Source: an uncultured Rhodothermaceae bacterium
GTDB taxonomy: Bacteria; Bacteroidota; Rhodothermia; Rhodothermales; Bin80
Reading direction: 5' to 3'
NCBI GenBank assembly: GCA_964639665.1
Contig: CAZXEU010000029.1
Location: 1 to 54,275 of the forward strand
Length of the DNA: 54,275 bases
Part shown: in pieces, positions 19,241 to 27,854 of the stretch
Position numbering within the stretch: the stretch's first letter is position 1
How the letters are laid out: each line of letters begins with the position of its first letter
Notes under the pieces: generated by a model
Database searches by the model: none
Told to the model about the DNA's origin: nothing
Seen by the model: only the letters and a program-made list of their open reading frames with translations
Translations under genes and position numbers: made by a program

Positions 19241-20389
19241 GTGCGTCGGAATTGCCAAAGCACCTACCGGCAAGTAGCGCGCCTTGCTCTTTTGATCGCC
19301 TGCCTGCCCGCATTGCCGCTCTTGGCGCATGCGCAGACGAGCCTGCAACTGCACGGCTACGCAAAGAACCTTGGGATCCGGTCGGCCTCCATGGTAACGG
19401 GTGAGCCCTTCTTTCTGAACCTGGGCCGGCACCGCGCCGCCGGAAAAATGCACGTGGGCCCGCGCCTTGTCGCCGAAGCCTGGCTGGACACGGAGGTCCT
19501 TTTTGGCAGCTTTCTGGAAACGGACGAATTTGCGCTGTCGAAGGAGTTTAATCCGCCCCAGCGATTCGACCTCAACTGGCCGGTGGTTTCGGGTGAATCC
19601 ATTGAAATCCACCAGCAGCTGTTTCGGGCTCTGGCCACGGTCTATTTTGGCCAGTCGCATGTCACGGTTGGTCGGCAGCGGGTGGCGTGGGGCACCGGCT
19701 TTGCATGGAATCCGACCGACATCATCAATCCGTTCAACCCGGGGGCCATTGAGCTGGGAGAGCGCTCCGGGGCAGATGCAGCCTACGCAAGCCTCCAGCT
19801 CAATGCAACGAGCCGCATCGAACTGGTTGGGGCACTCACCGACCAGAACAATGTGTATGCGGCCAGGGCAAGCACAAACTACCGCTCATATGACGTGTCG
19901 GTTATGGGCGCTGCCATCGGAGGCAGCTGGGTGGCCGGAGCTGACTTTGCGGGTTACCTGGGTGGAGCCGGCCTGCGAGGAGAGGCGGCGTACAGCTCAA
20001 GCACCCGAACCGTACGCACGGTGCTCAACGCCGACTACTCGTTTGCCGCAGGCGTCTACGGACTCGCAGAGTGGTACTTCAACGGGGAGGGCAAGGGCGA
20101 CAAGCGTGACTATGCCGCCCTTTCGTCTGGACCGATTCGCACATACAGCCTCGCCAGGCACTACGTGGCAGTCTCCGTTAGCGCGTCCCTTTCGCCGCTT
20201 CTCGCTGGTGCCCTGTACGGCCTTGCCAACCTCAATGACGGCAGCGTGCTGGCAGGACCGTCGCTTGGGTACTCATTGGCCCGAAATCTGGAATTCGCTG
20301 CCAGCACATACTTCTTCCTCGGTGGGCAGGGTACCGAATACGGAGATAGCCATCACGTTCTTTTCGCGTCATTGCAGTGGTATTACTGA
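19241..20389 (+). CDS. Putative outer-membrane beta-barrel protein
   Basis: Signal peptide ending AHA-Q, VGRQRVAWGTG..WNPTD motif, amphipathic strands, aromatic C-terminus SLQWYY. GTG 19241 assumed (ORF opens at 19169). Confidence 0.72.
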   Translation: MRRNCQSTYRQVARLALLIACLPALPLLAHAQTSLQLHGYAKNLGIRSASMVTGEPFFLNLGRHRAAGKMHVGPRLVAEAWLDTEVLFGSFLETDEFALSKEFNPPQRFDLNWPVVSGESIEIHQQLFRALATVYFGQSHVTVGRQRVAWGTGFAWNPTDIINPFNPGAIELGERSGADAAYASLQLNATSRIELVGALTDQNNVYAARASTNYRSYDVSVMGAAIGGSWVAGADFAGYLGGAGLRGEAAYSSSTRTVRTVLNADYSFAAGVYGLAEWYFNGEGKGDKRDYAALSSGPIRTYSLARHYVAVSVSASLSPLLAGALYGLANLNDGSVLAGPSLGYSLARNLEFAASTYFFLGGQGTEYGDSHHVLFASLQWYY

Positions 20390-20600
20390 CGGGGGTAACG
20401 CCTGGCGAAGGATATGCCTTGCAATTCGAAGCATGCATGCCGCTATGCCGGCAATTTGCGAAGCTGGCGGGCAGATGCCATCGCAAATGACATGCCCGGG
20501 TGCCAGAGGCCGGGACACGTGCCAATGAGAACGGATCGGCAATTGCCCCTGGGCGTTCGCCCATGCCGCCGACTCTTTCGCCGGAATTAGAAGACCGTCC

Positions 20601-20975
20601 ATGGCTCGCAAGCGACCGACTACCATCGAGGAGTACATAGAGTCGGCTCCACCCGAGGGCCAGCCTCTTTTGCGCAGGCTTCATGCGCTGCTGAAGAGTG
20701 TAGCCCCGGGGGCCAAAGAGGCCATCAAGTGGGGCACTCCGTTCTTTGTCGAACCACGATTTCTGTTCGCCTTCTCCGCCCACAAGGCCCATCTGAGCTT
20801 CAGCCCGCATGAGGAGGCCATCAAGGAGTTCAGGGAGGAGCTTGCCGCGCACCAGACAACCAAGTATACGCTCAAGGTCCCTTACACAGAGTCCCTCCCG
20901 GAAGACCTGATCCGCCGGATGGCAGAGCACTGCCTGCATGTTGTAAGCAGGCGGGACGACACCAGCTTCTGGTAA
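20601..20975 (+). CDS. DUF1801/YdhG-family protein
   Basis: TIEEYI, APGAKEAIKWGTPFF, FSAHKAHLSF, LPEDLI. Confidence 0.88.
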   Translation: MARKRPTTIEEYIESAPPEGQPLLRRLHALLKSVAPGAKEAIKWGTPFFVEPRFLFAFSAHKAHLSFSPHEEAIKEFREELAAHQTTKYTLKVPYTESLPEDLIRRMAEHCLHVVSRRDDTSFW

Positions 20976-20980
20976 CGCGG

Positions 20981-21004
20981 CCCCTGCCCATTTGAAGGGG
21001 TTTT
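20981..21004 (+). terminator. Possible weak intrinsic terminator after the DUF1801 gene
   Basis: CCCCT-N10-AGGGG followed by TTTT, 5 bp after the stop. Confidence 0.3.
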
Positions 21005-21059
21005 CGAGCGTAGCGCTGACCTTCGACCGGGCAGCGACGGACACATTCGAGATCTGGTC

Positions 21060-22760
21060 CTAGTCCAGAGCACCGCGCTCCAGCTCGCGAACGGCGTGGT
21101 CGCAAGCCCTCGCAGTCAGGGCCATGTACGTGAGTGAAGGATTCTGGCAGGCCGACGAAGTCATGCATGCCCCATCGGTGACATAAAGGTTGGGCACGTC
21201 GTGGCACTGGTTGAATGCACCGAGTACGGACGTATCCGGATCGCGGCCCATGCGTGCCGCCCCCATTTCATGGTTGCCCAGGCCCGGTGCGTCCTGGTAA
21301 TCGTCGTACGGACGGATGTCCCTGGCGCCTGCAGCCTCCAGCATTTCGGCTGCTGTAGCCATCATGTCCTTCCGCATCGCGCGATCGTTGTCATCCCGCG
21401 TGACGTGGAAGCGCAACACCGGCACGCCCCAGGTGTCCTTCAATTCGTCGTCCAACTCGCAATAGTTCTCCAATCTCGGGAGCACCTCACCGAATCCGCC
21501 AAGACCCATGCGCCACGGTCCAGGCACGCGCAGCCTTTCCTTCAGCTCTTCACCGAGTCCAAGCGAGCTGCTCCCGCGATTCCACCCCTGCCTGCTTGCG
21601 GATCCCTGAAAGCCATATCCTCGCACGAAGTCCGGATGTCTGGAGGCTTCATTCAGGTTGCGAAAGCGGGGAATATAGATCCCGTTCGGCCGGTTCCCCT
21701 GGTAGTATCGATCCTCATAGCCATCGAAGAACCCGGATGCCCCTACATGATAGTGGTGGTCCATGAGGTAGTGGCCCAGCGCGCCGCTTGTATTGGCAAT
21801 GCCGTCAGGAAAGGCTCGACTCCTGGATAGGAGCATGATGCGCGCCGTATTCATGGAAGAAGCGCACAGAAATATGAGGCGGGCACGGAAGTGCAGTTCT
21901 TCGCCCGTCTCAGTATCTATTACCCGCACACCCGTCGCCCTTCCTCTTGCTTCGTCGTAATCGACATACGTTACCATGCTGTGGGGACGCAGCGTAAGGT
22001 TGCCCGTGCGACGGGCAGCCGGAAGGGCCACGCTCTGCGTGCTGTAGTAGGAACCGGTTGAACATCCCCTTTCGCACGGACCGCAGTAGTGGCATGCTGC
22101 CCGGTCTCCGAGAGGTCTGGTGAGCGTTGCCGAGCGGCCGATAGTCATGATCCGCCCCGGAAACGCGGCCTCGATGCGCGCCTTGGCTACCTTTTCCACG
22201 GCGTTCATCTCCATGGGAGGTTGCATGATGCCATCCGGAAGGTGAGCGAGGCCTTCAGGCTGGCCGCTCACCCCAATGGTTCGTTCCACGTAGTCATACC
22301 ACGGCGCCAGGTCGGCATACCGTATCGGCCAGTCCACTCCGTGGCCGTCCTCGAGGTTGGCCAGGAAATCCTGCGGGCCGAAGCGATAGGACTGACGCGC
22401 CCACATCAGGGACCTGCCTCCCACAACGTTGGCCTGGATCCATGTATAGGGCTCCTCCTGTACATAGGGATGCTCGCGGTCCTTCATGAAGAAATGCCGC
22501 GTCGCCTCCGAGAAAGCATAGGTCTTGCTCTGCACCGGGTAATCCGATTGGACTACCTGAGGCGGCACGCGTCCCCTATGCGGCAGCTCCCATGGTGCCT
22601 TGTGCTCGGTGACGTAGTCCGCAATGTGCTCGACCATTCGGCCTCGCTCGAGCACCAGCGTACGAAGCCCTTTCTCGCAAAGCTCTTTCAAGGCCCAGCC
22701 GCCGGACATTCCGGACCCGACCACAATGGCGTCAAAGATATCGCGCTGGTGAATATGCAT
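21060..22760 (-). CDS. GMC-family FAD oxidoreductase (glycoside 3-dehydrogenase / gluconate 2-dehydrogenase flavoprotein-like)
   Basis: FAD motif VVGSGMSGGW, GGRSLMW, DWPIRY, Cys cluster CHYCGPCERGC, HEMGAARMG, QNPSLTYMALTAR. No signal peptide. Confidence 0.93.
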   Translation of the reverse strand: MHIHQRDIFDAIVVGSGMSGGWALKELCEKGLRTLVLERGRMVEHIADYVTEHKAPWELPHRGRVPPQVVQSDYPVQSKTYAFSEATRHFFMKDREHPYVQEEPYTWIQANVVGGRSLMWARQSYRFGPQDFLANLEDGHGVDWPIRYADLAPWYDYVERTIGVSGQPEGLAHLPDGIMQPPMEMNAVEKVAKARIEAAFPGRIMTIGRSATLTRPLGDRAACHYCGPCERGCSTGSYYSTQSVALPAARRTGNLTLRPHSMVTYVDYDEARGRATGVRVIDTETGEELHFRARLIFLCASSMNTARIMLLSRSRAFPDGIANTSGALGHYLMDHHYHVGASGFFDGYEDRYYQGNRPNGIYIPRFRNLNEASRHPDFVRGYGFQGSASRQGWNRGSSSLGLGEELKERLRVPGPWRMGLGGFGEVLPRLENYCELDDELKDTWGVPVLRFHVTRDDNDRAMRKDMMATAAEMLEAAGARDIRPYDDYQDAPGLGNHEMGAARMGRDPDTSVLGAFNQCHDVPNLYVTDGACMTSSACQNPSLTYMALTARACDHAVRELERGALD

Positions 22761-22792
22761 GCTCAATTGCGGGTTCGGCTGGCTGGCATAAC

Positions 22793-24004
22793 CTAGGGCT
22801 CCTGGACAATAACCGCCGGTGGATGGGCATAGTCGTCCCAGAGACGATCGAGCAGCGCCGCGTCCGGGTCTCCGTCAAGCACGACGATCCGATACCTCAG
22901 AATGTGCGGCTCGCCGGGTTCAATGGCAAACTCGCTTGCCTGGGACGGAGCGTAGTTGAAGAACGGCTCCGTCGGGTGTATGCGCATGGGCTGCGGTGCC
23001 TCCCGGTTTTCCGGATGCCCCAGAATGGCAAGTCCGGCCGGCATTCCACCAATCAGCCCACCGATGTAGCACCAGCGGGCCCTTGTCGCATGGCCGTTCG
23101 AACGGTCAAGGCCCTCGGAAGTCAGGAATCGGGTATGCTCCGCGCCGTCCCACTCGCGCCGACCTCGAAACCCGACCCCGCCATACAGATGATTCGGCAG
23201 CACAAGCGCGCTGTCCGTAGCCGTCCACTGCTCAAGCACCAGATCGAAGAGATGGTACGGCAGATCACTCGTGTCGTATACGCGCACTGCAAAGCGTTCC
23301 ACGAGAGCCGTGACATCCTCTTCCGGTGTCATGTCGACGTAGTGGTGTGTGGCCTGAAGCCCGGCATGCACCGGGCCCTCCCACGTCGCTTCCAGCGCCA
23401 CCGCCTCCACGCGCCCGGTCCCCCTTCCCATATTCCAGAAGTCGGGGCGGCGGCCCTGAAAGCGCGTATTGGTCCACGCAGCCCATATGCCGTGATGGTG
23501 GATATGATTTGGCGGATAGTCGTCCGTTACCACGCGGCCGTCGGGCGTGATCACGGGATGAAGATAGCCGCTGCGATGGTACAGCGAATCGATTCCCGAG
23601 CGCGGCAGCGCATTCTTTTCAGCGTGATACTGCAACACCTCCCTTTCGGCCACCGAAAGATGAACGCGGCCACCATCGTGCCGGACCTTCGTACCGTCTA
23701 TTGCAGACCGGCCGCTCTTCGCGAGTCTATACTCAGCCAGTTGCCCCTTGCCCAGAGAGCCCAGCACGAAGCTGGCAACACCGTCCTGGCCCACCTGCAC
23801 CGGTAATTGGCTTCCGTCCTCAGCTACGAGGCTCCAACTGCCCGCACGCAAGGAATCCGGCAGTGGAAAAGTCACGATCGACCCGCTTCGATCTGCGTCG
23901 CCGGCGACTACGCGGATTTGGTAGGCTCCCTGGTCTTGACCCCGGGAGGATGTAACCAGGAACAAAACGACTGCCAGTTGCCAGATAGCGTAGACACTTC
24001 TCAA
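22793..24004 (-). CDS. Exported PmoA-family (PF14100)/DUF6807-like protein (not a methane monooxygenase)
   Basis: RSGYLHPV.TPDG.VVT, HIHHHGIW, DFWN, YGGVGFRG, RARWC, HPEN. Signal peptide follows TTG 24004 (ORF opens at 24094). Confidence 0.75.
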   Translation of the reverse strand: MRSVYAIWQLAVVLFLVTSSRGQDQGAYQIRVVAGDADRSGSIVTFPLPDSLRAGSWSLVAEDGSQLPVQVGQDGVASFVLGSLGKGQLAEYRLAKSGRSAIDGTKVRHDGGRVHLSVAEREVLQYHAEKNALPRSGIDSLYHRSGYLHPVITPDGRVVTDDYPPNHIHHHGIWAAWTNTRFQGRRPDFWNMGRGTGRVEAVALEATWEGPVHAGLQATHHYVDMTPEEDVTALVERFAVRVYDTSDLPYHLFDLVLEQWTATDSALVLPNHLYGGVGFRGRREWDGAEHTRFLTSEGLDRSNGHATRARWCYIGGLIGGMPAGLAILGHPENREAPQPMRIHPTEPFFNYAPSQASEFAIEPGEPHILRYRIVVLDGDPDAALLDRLWDDYAHPPAVIVQEP

Positions 24005-24860
24005 GACTGCCGACTCCCGGACTCGGACACAAAAGCGCAAACCAGATATTGCAAAGTTCGGGATGCGCGTTACGCGCGGCAGATTGACCCTCATTCCGGG
24101 TTACCGACTCAATTCTTGATGTACACGGTCATGTTCTGCACCCGTCAGGCAAGTGATTGGTCCCGATAGCCGCCGGGTGTCCTCACGCGAATCGCCGCCG
24201 ATTCCAGCGAGCTCATTCCGCGTCGGGCACAAGGTGTAGCTCCTGCCCTGTGCGCCAACAGAATGTGAAACACGGTTGTGGACTGTTAGCGCAGCCCTGG
24301 CGGGCCTTATGCGCCCGTACTGGTCAGGCAGTGCTGCCTGATCCGTCCAATTGTCAATGCCCTTCACAACATGCGCAAGTCTTGCCCTTCGTACACCACC
24401 GGAGTCGGAGAAGTCCAGCGAGTCGAGATGGTTGCCGAACCGAGGCGTATCCGGTGCGGCACCAACTGAAGGAGTGAGCAAGCCGTAGGCCTGTATCCTG
24501 GCCAGCGTGCTCCGTCCATGCTCTGGCGCCGGCAAGGGCCTTACACTCCGAATTCTTACCTTCAGCGTGATAATTGAACGCTTTGCCGTTCGAATCAGGT
24601 CCGCGAGTAACTGAATCCCATGGCCGACAGAGACCCTGTATCCGTAAAAGGAGACGCTTCCAGCGCGGCCTGCCCGAGAGGATTGAACCGCGTCGCGGAG
24701 CCAGACTGGTGTGTGCGGCATCGGTCGGGCATTCGGGCTATCGCACCGGATAAACTCTCCCCACGTCAGCCTCAGGAGCCGCTGGGCCGGTTTGCAAGCG
24801 CCGACTCAAAACAACGCCATTCTGCAACTTGATGCCGCACGTCAATCATTTTGATAAGAC

Positions 24861-27230
24861 ATGCTGACCGTTGACATCGTAATTGTCTTCGCAATCGTAG
24901 CGATGGCGGTGGTCCTGTTTCTGACCGAATGGTTGCGCTACGATATCGTCGCGCTGATCGTACTGCTCGCGCTCGCGATCAGTGGCGTAGTTCCCATGGA
25001 TCGCGCCATTGAAGGATTCGCGAATCCGGCTGTGCTGACGATTGCGGCAGTGCTCGTCTTGAGCGGGGGGCTCCACAAGACGGGCGTTGCGAATCTGATT
25101 GGTGCCCAGATGATGCGTTTCTCGGGCAAGTCTCCCTTCCGAGCGACTGTGCTCGTCATGTTGACGTCCGGAGTCATGTCCGGAGTGATGAACAACATTG
25201 CCGCCACTGCGCTTCTTCTGCCTGTCGTACTAGATATGGCGCGGCGACTCGGACTACGACCATCGCGACTCCTCATCCCACTCGCCTTTGCATCCCTTTT
25301 GGGAGGGATGACAACGTTGATTGGCACGGGCCCGAATATTCTGCTCTCAACTTTCCTTGAGCAGTCCGGCCATGGCTCATTCGGCCTGTTCTCGTTTACG
25401 CCGGTCGGTGCGGCAGTGCTGCTGCTCGGGATTCTCTATATGAGCCTATTCGGGCGGTTCCTGCTTCCTAACAGGCGCAGCGGCCAGGACACGCCGGCTA
25501 CCCGGGTTGACCTGACCCGCTACGGAATTAAGGAATCGCTGCTCGCATTTCGCATACCGCGAGGCTCCAAGCTTGATGGTAAGTCGCTGGAGCAGTCACG
25601 CATGGGTCAGGCAGTTGGCATCGACCTGGTTGCCGTCCGCAGAAACGGACGGATCATCAGGGCACCGGAGCCCGGTTTCGTGCTCATGAGCGGGGACATA
25701 CTGCTTTGCCAGGGACATCAAGGGGGCTTGAATCGCCTGCGCGCCTGGGGCCGCCTGTCACGCTTTGACGAATCGCCAGAGGCCATCTGGGAACTGATGC
25801 AAGAGGGGGCGGCGCTTGCGGCGGTGGAAGTGGCCCCTGATTCGAGCCTGATTGGCAGCACCGTGCGAGCAGCCGAGTTTCGAAGCCGCCTGGGAGCGCA
25901 AATCCTGGCCATTCGGCGCGGTGACGATATTCACAGGACTGCCTTCGAAGGATTCCGCCTCCGGGCAGGTGACAATTTGCTGCTGCTCGGAAGAGAGAAC
26001 CGTCTCAAGCTGCTCCGTCAAGAGGAAGATTTCTCTTCCTTAGCGCCAATGGATATTCAAGAGGCTCTGCGAAAGTACGGCCTCGGCCGGTGGCTCATGC
26101 GGCTTGAGATCCCGGCCGGATCGGTACTGCACGGAATGCCGCTGTCGGAGTCCAAGCTCAGGCAAAGGTTCGACCTTACTGTCATCGAGATCCATCGGAA
26201 GCGAGACTCCGGCGTCCAGACCATTTTCCTGCCTCGGCCATCCATAGCCTTGAGATCGGGCGACCGGCTTGTCTTGCAAGGAGACCCTGAATCCTGGGAA
26301 GTCCTGGGAGCGCTGCAGCAGCTGGAGGTGCACGATGAGCTTCCATCACTGACCGAGCTGACCTCAGAGCGAGTGGGATTTGCGGAGTTTACGCTTGCCC
26401 CGGGCTCCAACTTCGCGGGCAAGACGCTGGGCGAAAGCAATTTTCGGGAGTCGTTCGGTCTTACTCTACTGACCATCTGGCGTCGCGGGCGGATCTTGCA
26501 CTCGGACGTAGGGCTCAGCGATACAAGGCTCCAGTTCGGTGACGCCCTGCTAGGATATGGCTCGAGGCGAAGGTTTCGATCGGTGGCCCGAGACCCACGA
26601 TTCGTGATGCTTACGGACAAATCCGAGGAGGTATTCCGCCTGCGTCGCGCGCCGATTTCCAGCGCTATCATGGCCGGCGTTATTCTCTGCGCTGCTCTTA
26701 ATCTGCTCCCCGTGTACATAGCCACCCTCACCGGGGCGCTCCTCATGGTCGCTACGGGGTGCCTCAAAGGGAGCGAAATGTATTCGGCCATAGAGTGGCG
26801 CGTAATCGTTCTGCTCGGAGGTATGCTGGCCCTTGGCCTCGCTATGGAGGAATCCGGTGCAGCGGAATTAATAGCTCATGAGGTAATCGCACGGGCCGCC
26901 GTGGCAGGTCCCCGGGTGCTGATCGGAGCGCTCTTTCTGCTCTGCAGTCTCGCGGCGCAGTTTATTCCTACATCCGCTGTTGCTGTACTTGTGGCGCCGA
27001 TAGCGTACAGCACGGCAGTAGAGCTCGATCTTTCCGTGCAGGCGCTGTTCATGGTAGTAGCAATAGGTTCGTCGTGCGCTTTCGTCAGCCCTTTTGGACA
27101 TCCCGTGAATCTTCTTGTCATGAGCGCCGGCGGATACAAGGTCATAGACTACACGCGCGTCGGCGCGCTGCTCTTGTTGCTTGTGCTGGTCCTCGTGGTC
27201 TTCTACCTGCCCATCGTGTGGCCACTTTGA
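24861..27230 (+). CDS. SLC13/DASS-family permease with four RCK_C (TrkA-C) domains
   Basis: GFANPAV, MNN, LLGGMTTLIGTGPN, four 'PxGS.L.G..L' repeats, SPFGHPVN, GGYK..DY. Confidence 0.9.
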   Translation: MLTVDIVIVFAIVAMAVVLFLTEWLRYDIVALIVLLALAISGVVPMDRAIEGFANPAVLTIAAVLVLSGGLHKTGVANLIGAQMMRFSGKSPFRATVLVMLTSGVMSGVMNNIAATALLLPVVLDMARRLGLRPSRLLIPLAFASLLGGMTTLIGTGPNILLSTFLEQSGHGSFGLFSFTPVGAAVLLLGILYMSLFGRFLLPNRRSGQDTPATRVDLTRYGIKESLLAFRIPRGSKLDGKSLEQSRMGQAVGIDLVAVRRNGRIIRAPEPGFVLMSGDILLCQGHQGGLNRLRAWGRLSRFDESPEAIWELMQEGAALAAVEVAPDSSLIGSTVRAAEFRSRLGAQILAIRRGDDIHRTAFEGFRLRAGDNLLLLGRENRLKLLRQEEDFSSLAPMDIQEALRKYGLGRWLMRLEIPAGSVLHGMPLSESKLRQRFDLTVIEIHRKRDSGVQTIFLPRPSIALRSGDRLVLQGDPESWEVLGALQQLEVHDELPSLTELTSERVGFAEFTLAPGSNFAGKTLGESNFRESFGLTLLTIWRRGRILHSDVGLSDTRLQFGDALLGYGSRRRFRSVARDPRFVMLTDKSEEVFRLRRAPISSAIMAGVILCAALNLLPVYIATLTGALLMVATGCLKGSEMYSAIEWRVIVLLGGMLALGLAMEESGAAELIAHEVIARAAVAGPRVLIGALFLLCSLAAQFIPTSAVAVLVAPIAYSTAVELDLSVQALFMVVAIGSSCAFVSPFGHPVNLLVMSAGGYKVIDYTRVGALLLLLVLVLVVFYLPIVWPL

Positions 27231-27854
27231 GTTCCGGATTTTAAGCGCTGAGAGACCGTGTTGACACCGCATCCGAGTCTGGGTGACGATCCGGCACCGG
27301 CGGCATCGGGTACGGGGTCGTGCAATCCGGTCTTGAGGGACTGAAAAAACCAGCGATTGCCTAGGTATTGCGCGGCCGCAGGCCTCTGCGTGGCCTGTTG
27401 ACCCAGCCGACGCCGGCAATTGCCCCTGGATCCGTCCTGGCACGGGGACATGCATTGGTACTTCCAACAAGCCCCACGGCGGCTACAATCAGGTCGGCGG
27501 TGTTGGGCTTGCCAGAAAACAGCGTCCTTCCACTCCGCGCATCTTCCGGCAAGAACGCAGTCAGGCCACCATTCGGATAGGCATTTCTCGATGCGTACCG
27601 CGAATGTGCTTTCAGGCGGCACGATTGAGCGTTCGGAGATCGCCTTCAAACAGCGATACGCAGTTCGCCTATTAGTACCTTGAATGAGGCACTTTGGAAA
27701 GAATGGCTCCACATCGGAGAGCTTTTGTGGACACGCTAACGGGCGGTGCTCATAGGCGGCACCTTGCTCTCGACTGTCCACGATTGCGGGATCTGACGAC
27801 CGACTGCGATACTGAGCAGCGACAACGCGTCGGCGTGCATCTGGATAGAGGATC

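Noticed and set aside
22793-24004. Methane monooxygenase implied by the 'PmoA' family name
   Set aside because: It is a soluble exported protein without pmoB/pmoC; true PmoA is a polytopic membrane protein.
24600-24860. c-di-AMP (ydaO) riboswitch upstream of the RCK_C transporter
   Set aside because: Only CTGAATCC resembles the consensus; the other conserved blocks are absent.
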